Shown piece by piece: positions 9,929 to 21,300 of a stretch of 64,000 bases of DNA; position 1 is the stretch's first letter, and each line of letters begins with the position of its first letter. The DNA lies in contig CAVSBT010000025.1 in NCBI GenBank assembly GCA_963726245.1, positions 71,076 through 135,075 of the forward strand. The letters are read 5' to 3'. This DNA comes from an uncultured Chloroflexia bacterium (GTDB lineage: Bacteria > Chloroflexota > Dehalococcoidia > DSTF01 > JALHUB01). A program made the translations under genes and the position numbers. The notes beneath the pieces were generated by a model that worked only from the letters and a program-made list of their open reading frames with translations, made no database searches and had not been told where the DNA came from.

Positions 9929-10165
9929 GGCCTGTGACAGGCGGAGGCGGGGCCGCCGTCTCAATAGCTGCTTCGAGTACGGAGCGCCGTCTGGCAGCGG
10001 TGAGCCGTTCGCCAGGCGCAAGCCGCGGCGGGCTTAGCCGATGGGCTGACCGGGGGTCGTCTAACGTCATCGGCCTTATTGAAGTCGCTACGGCGGATTC
10101 GTAAGGCTGTCCCCGGAGTCTGAGTTCGAATCAGGCAGACCGCCCGCAGGCGGTCTTATCGTTTT
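9929..10165 (+). ncRNA. Unassigned structured RNA (6S-like rod or rnc leader) with a T-loop hairpin and terminator
   Basis: Own promoter; helices 9953-59/10090-96, 9988-95/10011-18 and 10037-43/10068-74; GTCTGA-GTTCGAA-TCAGGC hairpin; no credible ORF. Confidence 0.6.
10137..10165 (+). terminator. Intrinsic terminator/attenuator upstream of rnc
   Basis: AGACCGCC-CGCA-GGCGGTCT followed by TATCGTTTT. Confidence 0.6.
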
Positions 10166-10202
10166 CGCGTCCGGTGCGACGCGTCGCCATGGAGGTCGGG
10201 CG

Positions 10203-10898
10203 TTGGTCGACTGGAAGGAACTGCAAAGCCGCCTAGGCATTACCTTTCAGAACCCATCCCTCTTGCACCAGGCCTTCGTCCATCGCTCCTACCTTAACGA
10301 GAACCCCGAAGCCAAGCTCGTCTCGAACGAGCGGCTTGAGTTCCTGGGTGACGCCGCGTTGGGGCTCGTTGTAGCTCAGCGACTCTATGAGCTCTTCCCC
10401 ACCCATGAGGAGGGTCTGCTAACGGAATTGAGAGCCCATCTGGTGCGACGCGACACGCTGGCCCACGCTGCCGGACGGCTGGGGCTCGGAGACTGCCTGC
10501 AGGTCGGACGGGGCGAGGAGTCGGCCGGGGGACGCCGCCGTCCCAGCAATCTCGCTGCTGTGTTCGAGGCCGTCGCCGGCTCGATCCTTGTGGACCAGGG
10601 ACTGGCAGGCGTCGACAGCTTCGTCACCTCAGCCCTGGCCGAGGAGCTGGAGGGCGTGCGATCGGGCGTCGCGCCGGCGGACCCCAAGTCGCGGCTCCAG
10701 GTTCTGGTGCAGTCTCAGGGGCAGCCTCTGCCCGAGTACCGTACATCAAGAGTGGAGGGACCGGAACACGCCCGCCTCTTCACCGTCGAGGTGTGCCTGG
10801 ACGGTAAGATCCTGGGTGTGGGCCAGGGCAAGACCAAGCGCCAGGCTGAGCGGGAGGCCGCCCGTCACGCCCTGGTCGAACTGGAGGTCCCTTCTTAG
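10203..10898 (+). CDS. rnc: Ribonuclease III
   Basis: AFVHRSY, NERLEFLGDA, FEAVAG and a dsRBD (DPKSRLQ...GPEHARLF...GKTKRQAE); RBS GGAGG. Confidence 0.97.
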   Translation: MVDWKELQSRLGITFQNPSLLHQAFVHRSYLNENPEAKLVSNERLEFLGDAALGLVVAQRLYELFPTHEEGLLTELRAHLVRRDTLAHAAGRLGLGDCLQVGRGEESAGGRRRPSNLAAVFEAVAGSILVDQGLAGVDSFVTSALAEELEGVRSGVAPADPKSRLQVLVQSQGQPLPEYRTSRVEGPEHARLFTVEVCLDGKILGVGQGKTKRQAEREAARHALVELEVPS

Positions 10899-10967
10899 CC
10901 AGCCCCAACCAGCCCGTGGGCCCGCCTTTGGCGGGCCAGCCCGCCGACAGGCAGGCAGGGAGAAGAG

Positions 10968-13900
10968 ATGTACCTGAAGAGGCTGGAACTGCTGGGGTTC
11001 AAGAGCTTCGCCACACGCACCCAGTTTGAGTTTGGGCCGGGCGTCACGGCCGTCGTCGGACCCAACGGCTCCGGCAAGACCAACGTGGCCGAAGCCATGC
11101 GCTGGGTCCTGGGCGAGCAGAGCAGTCGCCAGCTCCGGGCCCGCAAGCTCGAAGACGTCATCTTCGCCGGCAGCTCCCAGCGCGCGCCCCTCGGCATGGC
11201 CGAGGTCAGCATTACCCTCGACAACAGCGACAAGTGGCTCCCCATCGACTTCGGCGAGGTCGTGGTCACCCGTCGCGCCTACCGCGACGGCGATAGCGAG
11301 TACTTAATCAACCGCGGCCGCGTCCGGCTGAAGGATGTGGTGGACCTCTTCCTGCGGGCTCAGGTTGGGCAGAATAGCTACGCCTTCATGGGCCAGGGCC
11401 TGGTGGAGGCTGTCCTCGGTCTGCGACCCGAAGAGCGGCGCGGCCTGGTGGAGGAGGCGGCCGACGTCCGCCGCCACCGCCTGAAGCTCGAAGATGCCCA
11501 TAACAAGCTCGCCGCCACGCACGAGAACCTGGAGCGCGTCCGCCTGCTGGTCGGCGAGCTGGGGCCGCGCCTGGCCCAGTTGGAGCGCCAGGCTGAGCGG
11601 GCCGCTTCCCACGTGCGCCTCACGCAGGATCTGGCGCAGGCCCTTCAGACCTGGTACGAGCACCAGTGGCGCGATGCCCAAGAACTGCTGGCAGCGGCCC
11701 GTGCCGCCTGCGACCAGCGCCAGGAGGGATTTCAGGGCGCTCAGACGCAGGTGACCGCCTGTGATGACGGGCTGCGCGCCCTGGAGGCCGCCCTGGAGGA
11801 GCGGCGGCGCGAGATCAGCGGCAGCGAAGAGGCCCTGGCCGCCCTTAGCGAGCGGCAGCGGCGCGTCGAGCAGAGCATCGCGGTCGACTCGGAGCGCCTC
11901 TCCCTCCTGGAGTCGCGAGGCCAGGAACTGACGGCCGAGCGCAGCGAGCTCCAGGCGGAGCGAGATTCGCCTGGCCTCTGAGTCTGAGGATACGGCCCGC
12001 CGGCTGGAGTCGCTTGAGTCAGAGCTGACGGAAGCCCGCTCCGGCCTGGCTGCCCAGGAGTCGGATCTGGAGGCGGCGGAGCGTGAGCTCGCCATGGCGA
12101 GAGAGACGGCCCTGGAGGCGGAAGGCGATGCGATACGCGCCAACGCCTCCCTCCAGGGGGTCGAGGGCCGCGTCGAGCGGCTGCGGGCGGGCGCGCCTAT
12201 CGGACAGGCAGGCAGCGAAGCGCCGCGTCGATCCGAGGAGCGGGCGGCGCGCCGAAAAGCACTGTTGACAGAGCTGGCCGGCCTCGGCGAGCGCTATCGC
12301 CAGGCTCGCGGCGAGGAAGGGGCGGCCGCCATCGAGGCGGAGGCCATGGCCCGCGAGGCCGAAGGACTGCGCCATCAGCAGGAAGAGGACCAGCGGGCCC
12401 TGGCCGCAGCCCGGGAGCGTCTGCGCGTCATCGCGGTGCGCCGCGAGCAGTTGGAGACGCGGCTTGGCGCCCTCAAGGCCGCCCACGAGCAGCAGGTGGG
12501 CTTCGACGCCGCCATACGAGCCGTCCTGACGGCGGGTGGCGTCCTGGAGGCGGAGGAGGGTCTGGGCGCAGAGCTGAGGCTGGAAGGCATCATCGGCCTA
12601 GTTGGCCGGCTGCTGCGGGTGCCGCCCGGCCTGGAACGCGCCATCGAGGCCGCCCTGGCCGAGAACATCCAGGCTGTCGTCGCCGAATGCCAGGCCGACG
12701 CCCTGGCCGCCGTCGACCTGCTCTCGCGGCGAGAAGTGGGGCGGGTCACCATCTACCCCCTGGACACCCTACGCGAGACACACCCTCTGGCCCTGCTAAA
12801 GGACAAGGGCATCCTGGGTGTAGCATCACAGCTTGTGCGCTGCGACCGCCGCTACCGTCCTCTGATCGACACCCTCCTGGGGCGCGTCATTGTCGTCGAG
12901 GACCTGGAGCTGGCGCAGCGGGTGCTCAAGCGAGGCCTGGGCAGCGTGGTCACCCTGGACGGGGTGCTGCTGAAGCCCGTCGGCTCTGTGAGCGGCGGCA
13001 CTTCGGCACGGGCCAAGGAGGCGCTGACGCTGGGGCGCGACCTGGAGGAGATCCCTGAGGAGCTGGCGGGACTGGAGACAAACTGGCAGGACCTGGAAGC
13101 TCAGGTCCAAGCACTCGCTGGCTCACGGTCAGCCGCCGAAGAGGCCCTGGCCGATCGCGCGCGGCGTCGCCATGACGCGGAGGCGCGTCGGGCTGCCGCG
13201 CAGCAGAGGCTGACGGAGGTGCGAGGTGAGCTGAGCGCCCTACGCGGCGAGGCGCGCTGGCTGCACGAGGACATCCTGCGCGAGCAGGCTCTGCTGGCCG
13301 CCGCCGAACAGGAGCGGCTGGAGCTCCAGGAGGAGAAGCAGCGTCTGACCCGCGAGGCCGCGACCGCAGGCACCGAGCTGCAACGGGCGCGAGAGGCGGT
13401 CGAAGAAGCGACCGGCCGCCGCCGTTCGCTGGCCGCAGCCTCGGCCGAGGCGGCGCGCGAGGTCTCGGTCCTGGCAGGGCAGCAGGAGGCGCTGGCCAGG
13501 CGTCGCCAGGCGGACGGGGGCGCCCTCCAGCGGCTGGAGAGCCAGTTGGAGACGCGTGGCGCCCAGGCGTCCCGCCTCGAGGCCGAGCTCTCCGCCGTCC
13601 GGGAGCGCCTGCAGCTTGAGCGAGCAGCAGCGGGACGTGGGGGCGCAGGAGCTAATTGCTCTCGAGCGGGACCTTGAGCCCGCACGACAGGAGCGGGCCC
13701 AGCTCGAATCGCGTGAACGCAGCCTGCGCGGCGAGCTGGCCGCCGGCCAGCAGCGGCTCCTGGCCGCCGAGCGTGCGCTGATGGAGGCGGAATCGGAGGT
13801 GCGCCTGCGCTCCGAGGAGTTGGACGCCCTTCGCCAGACCATCGAGGCTGAGGGGCTGGTGCCCACGGACTCCGGCGAGGTCAGGGCGGGCGCCGGCGCC

Positions 13901-14647
13901 GAGTCTGCGCTGCCCGCCTGGCTGACGTCTCGGGAGGACGGCGGCGCCGAAGAGTCGTTGCCGCCAATGCGGGGCGGCGCCCAGGTCGACCCCGTTCGTC
14001 TCAAGGAGCGCATCGCCGAGCTGCGGGGGCAGTTGCGGTCGATGGGGCCCGTCAACGCCCAGGCCCAGGTCGACTACAGCGAGAACAAGGAGCGCCACGA
14101 CTTCCTGCGCGGCCAGATGGAAGATCTTCGAGAGGCGGAGACATCGCTGCGGGCCGCCATCAGCGAGCTGGAGGGGCTGATCAAGAAGCGCTTCCAGTCC
14201 ACCTTCAAGCAGGTGAACAAGGAGTTCCAGAGCAACTTCGCTGCCTTCTTCGGCGGCGGCAGCGCCGAGCTGGTTCTGACGCGCGCTCAAGACGGCGGCG
14301 CCGGCATCGAGATCGTGGCGCAGCCGCCGGGCAAGCGCCTGGGCAGCCTGGCCATGATGTCGGGCGGCGAGAGGGCGCTCACCGCGGCGGCCCTCCTCTT
14401 CGCCCTCCTCCAGACCCATCCCTCGCCCATGTGCGTTCTCGACGAGGTGGACGCCATGCTGGACGAAGCAAACGTGAGCCGCTTCGTCGAGGCTCTGCGC
14501 CGGCTGGCCCAGCGAACGCAGTTCATCATCATCACCCACAACCGCCGCACCATCGAGGTGGCCGACGCCATCTACGGCGTCTCCATGGGCCGCGACAGCA
14601 CCTCCAACGTCCTTTCCCTCCGCCTGGCAGACGTGGCCGCTGGCTAG
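10968..14647 (+). CDS. smc: Chromosome segregation protein SMC, interrupted by frameshifts near 11960 and 13615
   Basis: N-terminal GFKSFA and VGPNGSGKTN; hinge region AIEAAL...GRVTIYPL...LLGRVIVV; C-terminal MSGGERAL, LDEVDAMLD and IITHN, spread over three consecutive ORFs. Confidence 0.92.
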
Positions 14648-14766
14648 GGGCGATTTGTCAGGTTGACCGCTCTGCGTTGGGCGCTCGCCCTCGAACAAGT
14701 TCCCTTTCTTGACCCCCTTCCGGCGCCGATGTACGATGGCCTGCGAGAACGAAGGGAGTAACGCCC

Positions 14767-15748
14767 CTGGTAGGCCTCTTTCGCCGCGCCTCCAAGAGCG
14801 AGGAGCACACCGAACAACCGCCCTCGGCTGAGCTCACGGCCGAGGCTCTTGAGCGCACCCGCCGCTCCTGGTTCAGCCGCGTCACCCGCCTTTTCGACCG
14901 TCCTTCTTTCGACGAGGACCTCTGGCTGGAGCTGGAGGAGCTCCTCATCGGCGCCGACACGGGCGTCACTACCACCCAGAAGGTGCTGGACCGCCTGCGG
15001 GAGCGCGTGGCGTCGGAGCGCCTGCGGGAGCCCGCCGCCGTGCAGGCCGCACTCAAGGAGGAGACTGGTCGCCATCCTGCGGGCCACCGAGCCACGCGGC
15101 CGCCTCTGGCGCACGGACGGCACCGAGGCGCCTCCTCGACCGGCCATCATCCTGGTGGTTGGCGTCAACGGCAGCGGCAAGACCACCACCATCGCCAAGC
15201 TGGCGCATGCCTCCCGCGCCGAAGGCGGCCGGGTCGTGGTGGCTGCCGCCGATACCTTCCGCGCCGCCGCCATCGACCAGATGCGCCTCTGGGGGGAGCG
15301 CGTCGGCGCCGACGTGGTCGCTCACCGGCCGGGCGCCGACCCCAGCGCCGTGGTGTTCGACGCCCTGGCGGCCGCGCAGAGCCGCGCCGCCGACGCCGTC
15401 ATCATCGACACGGCGGGCCGCCTGCACACCAAGACCAACCTCATGGAGGAGCTGCGCAAGATCCGCCGCGTCATCCAGCGTCACGATGCCACCGGCCCGC
15501 ACGAGGTGCTCCTGGTCCTGGACGCCACGACGGGCCAAAACGCTCTCATCCAGGCGCAGGCCTTCTCGGAGGCGGTGGAGGTGACGGCTATCTGCCTCAC
15601 CAAGCTGGACGGGACCTCTAAGGGAGGCATCGTCTTCGCGATCTGCGACCAGTTGGGGCTGCCGGTGCTCTTCGTGGGCACCGGGGAGCAGCCCGAGGAC
15701 CTGAGCCCCTTCTCGCCTGAGGAGTTCGTTGAGGCTCTTTTTGCCTGA
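14767..15748 (+). CDS. ftsY: SRP receptor FtsY (NG domain only), frameshift near 15063; apparent CTG start
   Basis: Frame-1 N domain LERTRRSWFSRV...WLELEELLIGADTG; then GVNGSGKTTT, DTFRAAA, DTAGR and TKLDGTSKGG; RBS AAGGGAG at 14752-14758. Confidence 0.9.
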
Positions 15749-15840
15749 GCATCCGGCGCGTCGACTTCTTCCGGTGGAACCCGTGCACCACGGTCCACGT
15801 ATCGATGGAGAGAAGCGCCGGCTGCCCGGCGCCTGCCACG

Positions 15841-18306
15841 ATGATTGAGGCTCTATCCTGGTGGTTCGTTATCCAGCTCGTGGGGCTGGCGGCCTTCCCG
15901 CTGGCCTACGGCTTCTTTCGCCGCCTTCCCGATCGGGGGTGGGCCCTTAGCAAGCCATTTGGCATCCTCTTCCTTGTCTATCTCTTCTGGATCCTCAACA
16001 GCGCTCACGTCTTGCCCAACAGTCAACGGGGCGTAATCTGGGCCCTCTTCCTGCTGGCACTGCCCGCGGCCTGGGTCCTCTGGCGCCGCCGCGAGGAGGC
16101 GTGGCGCTTTCTGGAGGAGCGCTGGCGGTACATCCTGGTGGTGGAGGGGCTCTTCACCCTGGTCTTCGTCGTGGGTGGGTTCCTGCGCTCCTATGTGCCC
16201 GAGATCGACGGCACTGAGAAACCCATGGACTTCGCCTTCATCAACGCCATCAGCCGCGCCGACAACTTCCCGCCCGCGGACCCCTGGCTCTCGGGCCACT
16301 CCATCAGCTACTACTACTTCGGTCACTTGATGGTGTCGACCCTGGGCAAGCTGTCGGCGGTGCCGACCAGCTTCGCCTTCAACCTGGGTCTGATGACAGT
16401 GGCGGGGCTGGCTGCCACCTCCGCCTTCGCCATCGCCTACAACCTGGTCGCGATGCGCCACGACGCCGGCGGCAGCCCGTCCTCCCCGGCGAAGTCGTCT
16501 CCCGCACCAGAGGCTGATCCGCCGCCAGCGAAGCCGGAGAAGGAGAAGCGGCCGGCGACGATCGCTGCCCGCCTCCTGCGCACACCCTATCTGTATGGGC
16601 TGGCCGCGGCTGCCTTGGTGGTGCTGTTCGCCAACCTGGAGGGCGTCCTCGAGATGCTGGCCGCCCACGGCATCGGCGGCAGCGGCTTCTACAACTGGAT
16701 CGGCATTCAGGACCTGAGCGCCGGTAAGACGACCACGGCGTGGTACCCCACCGAGCACTGGTTCTGGTGGCGAGCCACGCGCATCATCCCGAATACGATC
16801 ACCGAGTTCCCCTTCTTCAGCTTCCTGCTGGGCGACATGCACCCCCACGTCATGGCCATGCCCTTCGTGCTGATGACGGTGGCGACGGCGTTTCTTCTCT
16901 TTCGCCAGGAGGAGCGATTGGACGCCGCCTTCTGGGTGCGACACCCCTTCATGCTGCTGGCGACGGGCGTGATGGTGGGCGGCCTCCTCTTCCTCAACAC
17001 CTGGGACATGCCGACCTTCGCCTTCCTGGTAGTGGCGTTCGCCTTCCTGCGAAATCGCCTGGCGCTGGGAGGCTGGAGCTGGCGCCCACTGGTCGCCACG
17101 ACCCTCGGCTTCGCCCTGCCCTTGCTGTTCGTCGCGGTAGCCGCCTACATCCCCTTCTACGGCAACTTCAGCAGCCAGGCGTCGGGCATCACACCGGTCG
17201 TGGACACAAGCACCCGTCCCCTGCATGCCCTGCTGATCTGGGGGCCTCTGGCAGTACTGCTCATCCCCTTCCTTTGGCAAAGGCTGGCCACTCCTGAGGG
17301 GCCCGCCATTCGGGCCCGCCACCTCCGGCTGGCCCTGGCGCCGGGAGCCCTGATCCTGCTGGTCTGGGCCTTCTGGGTGCTGTGGCTCAACGGCCTCGGA
17401 GGCTTGGGCGACCAGATCGCCGACCGGCGCGGCGGCTGGATCACGGCGGCGGTGCTTATTGGTCTTCTGGCAGCCCTTCTCCTCGCCCTCTGGCGTGAGA
17501 TAGAGACGGAGCGAACGTCGGAACAGGGGAGACTGCCGGTGCTCTTCGCCCTGGGGCTGGCCGCCATCGCTGTGCTGCTGGTGCTGGGCGCCGAGTTCTT
17601 CTACGTTGAAGACGTCTTCGGCAATCGCATGAACACCGTCTTCAAGCTGTATTACCAGGCCTGGCTGCTGCTGGCGGTAGCCGGAAGCTTCGCGCTTTAC
17701 CGGCTGGCCTCGTCCTCCTGGGGCGAGAGCTGGGGCCCTCGCCGCTGGCGGGTCTCCTGGTTGAGTGCGATAGGGTTTGTCCTGGCGGCATCCCTGGTCT
17801 ATCCTTTGGCCGCTACGTTCAACCGGACGAACGGCTTCGATGCCCCCCGAACGCTGGATGGGCTGGCCTTTGCCCGGTCCGGCGCGGATTTCGGGGCTGT
17901 CAACTGGCTGATGGCGCACGTGGACGACACAGCGGTGGTGGCAGAGGCGGTGGGCAACTCCTACGGGCCAGCCGCCCGCGTGGCGGCCTGGACAGGTCTG
18001 ACCACCCCTATCGGTTGGCCCGGCCACGAGAGCCAGTGGCGCTGCAAGCCGGGCGACGCCTGTCAAGTACTGGATGGACGCTACGACGACATGGAGCGCC
18101 TGTACCGCACGACCGACGAGAAGGAGGCGCGGGCCATTCTCGACAAGTACGGCGTCACTTTCGTCTTCGTCGGCTCCGTCGAGAAGGAGAGTTACCCCGC
18201 GGAGGGACTCGCGAAGTTTGACAGCATGCTGCCGGTGGCCTACCAGGACGGCGGCGCCACAGTCTACCGGGCGGCCCGCGCGCTGGCCCTGGGGGGCGGG
18301 CAGTGA
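15841..18306 (+). CDS. Chlor_Arch_YYY / DUF2298 polytopic membrane protein (putative GT-C glycosyltransferase)
   Basis: EKPMDFAFINA, DPWLSG..ISYYYFG, ITEFPFFSFLLGDMHPH, NTWD, RMNTVFKLYYQAW and GWPGHE.QWR motifs. Confidence 0.88.
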   Translation: MIEALSWWFVIQLVGLAAFPLAYGFFRRLPDRGWALSKPFGILFLVYLFWILNSAHVLPNSQRGVIWALFLLALPAAWVLWRRREEAWRFLEERWRYILVVEGLFTLVFVVGGFLRSYVPEIDGTEKPMDFAFINAISRADNFPPADPWLSGHSISYYYFGHLMVSTLGKLSAVPTSFAFNLGLMTVAGLAATSAFAIAYNLVAMRHDAGGSPSSPAKSSPAPEADPPPAKPEKEKRPATIAARLLRTPYLYGLAAAALVVLFANLEGVLEMLAAHGIGGSGFYNWIGIQDLSAGKTTTAWYPTEHWFWWRATRIIPNTITEFPFFSFLLGDMHPHVMAMPFVLMTVATAFLLFRQEERLDAAFWVRHPFMLLATGVMVGGLLFLNTWDMPTFAFLVVAFAFLRNRLALGGWSWRPLVATTLGFALPLLFVAVAAYIPFYGNFSSQASGITPVVDTSTRPLHALLIWGPLAVLLIPFLWQRLATPEGPAIRARHLRLALAPGALILLVWAFWVLWLNGLGGLGDQIADRRGGWITAAVLIGLLAALLLALWREIETERTSEQGRLPVLFALGLAAIAVLLVLGAEFFYVEDVFGNRMNTVFKLYYQAWLLLAVAGSFALYRLASSSWGESWGPRRWRVSWLSAIGFVLAASLVYPLAATFNRTNGFDAPRTLDGLAFARSGADFGAVNWLMAHVDDTAVVAEAVGNSYGPAARVAAWTGLTTPIGWPGHESQWRCKPGDACQVLDGRYDDMERLYRTTDEKEARAILDKYGVTFVFVGSVEKESYPAEGLAKFDSMLPVAYQDGGATVYRAARALALGGGQ

Positions 18307-21300
18307 CACGAAGCCGGACGCGCCCCGAGCGCGTAGTATCCAGGAAGAGGATGAACAAGCCTGTCGAGGGCGACCTGTCTCGGGCCCTCAAGGAGCGGAG
18401 GGCCCAAGCGGGTCGTTTCCTGGGTTGCGTGCGCGCGAATCTGCCAGGGCGATGGGAGCTGGTGGTCTGGGGGATCATCCTCTCGCTGGCCCTGGCCCTG
18501 CGTCTCTGGGACCTGGGCGGCCGCGCCCTCCACCACGACGAGAGCCTGCACGCCACCTATAGCTGGTACCTCTATGGCGGTGACGGCTACACCCACGATC
18601 CCATGATGCACGGCCCGTTCCAGTTCTTCGCCGGGGCTACGGCCTTCAAGCTCTTCGGTCCCAGCAACTTCGTGGCGCGGGTACCGGCGGCCCTCTTCGG
18701 GACGGGCATCGTAGCGCTGGTGTGGCTGCTGCGGGGCCATTTGGGACGCCTGGGCGCCATGGCCGCCGCCGGCTTCATCGCCGTCTCGCCGACTCTCCTC
18801 TACTTCAGCCGCTTCGACCGAGAAGATATCTACACAGCCTTCTGGACGCTGGCGCTGGTGGTCGCCATCTGGCGCTACCTGGCCGAGAGGCGGGACCTCT
18901 GGCTCTACCTGGGGGCGGCGTTCATGGCCTTCAGCTTCGCCACCAAGGAGAGCACCTACATGATGGTGGCCATCTTCCTCACCTTCCTGGAGGTGCTGGT
19001 GGCGCTGGACTTCCTGGAACAGATGCGCCGGCAAAGGTCTGACGGCCGAGCGCCACGCGCTCGACGCGGCTCTGCGTCTGCGTCCCCGCGGGAGATGGAC
19101 AAACTGGAGGCGGGTTCCATCCTCGTCTGGTTGCTGGTGTTCTCCTGGCTGCTGGTCATCCTCTGGCCGCTGCTGACCTCCGTCCGACGGCGCTTTGGCC
19201 TCCAGAAGTTGCCCGCCGCCGGCGCCCCCCTGCTGGTGCTGGGGACCCTGGCGGCGCCCCAGTATGCCGGCATGCTACAGCTCATAGGAGACCATGTGCC
19301 GCTCATCCCCGGCAACTCGGGCTACCAGTCCGCCGCCGAGCTGGGGCTGCGCAACGGCAGCGTCACCGTCCTCCTCATCCTGAGCCTCTACATCGGCCTG
19401 CTCTGGAATCCCAGGGTGTGGCTGATCTGCGCCGCCGCCTTCTACGGCATCTACGTCCTGCTCTTTACCACCTTCTTCACCAATCCAGCCGGTTTCTGGA
19501 CGGGCATCTGGGGCTCCACCGACTACTGGATCGAACAGCAGTCAGTGCGACGTGGTGAGCAGCCCATCTTCTACTACTTCATGCTCCTGCCCGTGTACGA
19601 GTTCCTGACCCTGCTCCTGGCTATCGGGGGCGCTATCTGGCTTGCCTTCCGGCGCAACTCCTTCACCCTCTTTCTCATCTTCTGGACCGTCGGCGCCATA
19701 CTGGCCTTGACCGTGGCCGGCGAGAAGATGCCCTGGCTCACCGTGCACATGGCGCTGCCCATCGCTCTCCTGGCCGGCAAGACGGTGAACGAGCTCTACA
19801 GCCGGGTGACCTTGCCTCGAGATGTGAGACTGCCGGAGGCGCTACGGATGGTCGTGCCATCGCTGGATACCAAGGTGGCGGTGGCCCTGAGTGTGGGCTC
19901 CGCCGCCCTGGCCGTTATCATCCTCATCGTCATGTCGGCGTCGATGGCGGCGGTCGTGCTGGCTATCCTGCTGGCGCTGGTGGCGGCGGGCGCCGCTGCC
20001 CTCGTCGGGCAGGGCGGCCGGCGGGCCTTCATCCAGACTGCGACGGCTTCGGTGGTGGCCGGACTCCTGGTCTTCTCCATCCGCACGGCCGGCGTCGCCA
20101 GCTTTGAGCACGGCGACATACCGGTGGAGCTGCTTGTCTACACTCAGACCTCGCCCGACGTTCCGCGCCTCATGAACGCCATCGACGAGGTGGGCAAGGC
20201 CACGGGCCTGGGCCACGACCTGCCCATTCTCGTTGACTCGGAGTTCACATGGCCTTGGGTATGGTACTTGCGTGACTACAATGCCGTGACCTACCGCTCG
20301 GCCACAGACGGGGCGCCGCCGCCGGGCGCCATTCTCCTCGTCGAGTCGGCGAACGTGGGCAGCCTGCAACTTGACCCCGCATTGTACGACAGCGGCCAGC
20401 CCTTCAAGCTGCGCTGGTGGTTCCCGGAGGACTACCGCGTGCTCAATCGTGGCAACTTCAAGGAAGTGCTGTTCAGTCCCAGCACCTGGAACGTGTGGCG
20501 CAACTACTACGTGTCGCGGACGCCGCCGGGACCCCTGGGCTCTTTGGACGGCGTGGCCTACTTCCCGAAGAGCTACGCCGCTGCCACTGGCGGTAACGCC
20601 TTCGAGCAGCCGCCTACGACGCCCGTAGCGGGCCCGGACGGTCAGGTGATCGTGGGCAATCCCGGTCCCGGCCGTGGCCAGTTCGCGTCCCCCGCCGGCC
20701 TGGCCGTCGATGGCCAAGGGAACCTCTACGTGGCCGACACGGACAACAACCGCATCCAGAAGTTCGACGGCGATGGCAACTTCCAGGGCGCGTTCGGCAG
20801 CGCGGGGGGCCAGGACGGCCAGTTCAACGGCCCCTGGGGCGTCGCGGTGGACCGCGATGGCAACATATACGTGGCCGACACCTGGAACCACCGTATCCAG
20901 AAGTTCAACTCAAGCTTCCAGTTTCAGAAGGCCTGGGGCACGGCCTTCTTGGAGGTGGGGAAACGCGAGCCGGGTCCGCTGGAGCTCTTCGGCCCGCGGT
21001 CGGTCGCCGTCGATGCCAGCGGCAACGTGTGGGTCACGGACACCGGCAACAAGCGCGTGTTGAAGTTTGACTCGGATGGCAACTTCACGGCCCAGTACGG
21101 CGGGTCGGGCAGCGGCCCCAGCCAGTTCGAGGAGCCGGTGGGCATAACCATCGCCCCCAACGGCGAGATCCTGGTCGCCGACACATGGAACCGCCGTATC
21201 CAGCGCTTCAGCCCCGAGTTCGAGTACCTGGGCGAAATCTCGGTGGAGAGCTGGGGCAGCCAGAACGTAACCGATAAGCCCTACCTGGCGGTCCTCAGCG

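Noticed and set aside
9983-10100. glmS ribozyme-like words (AGCGCC...TGAC...TTATTGAA...CGGCGGAT)
   Set aside because: Core GACGAGG and P2.2 pairing absent, spacing wrong, and no glmS gene downstream
14692-14702. GAAC-AA-GTTC as a LexA box
   Set aside because: Spacer is 2 nt rather than 4, and it precedes ftsY
15853-18309. 818-aa antisense ORF (and similar long antisense ORFs elsewhere)
   Set aside because: Mirror of a real gene in high-GC DNA, with no recognisable motifs
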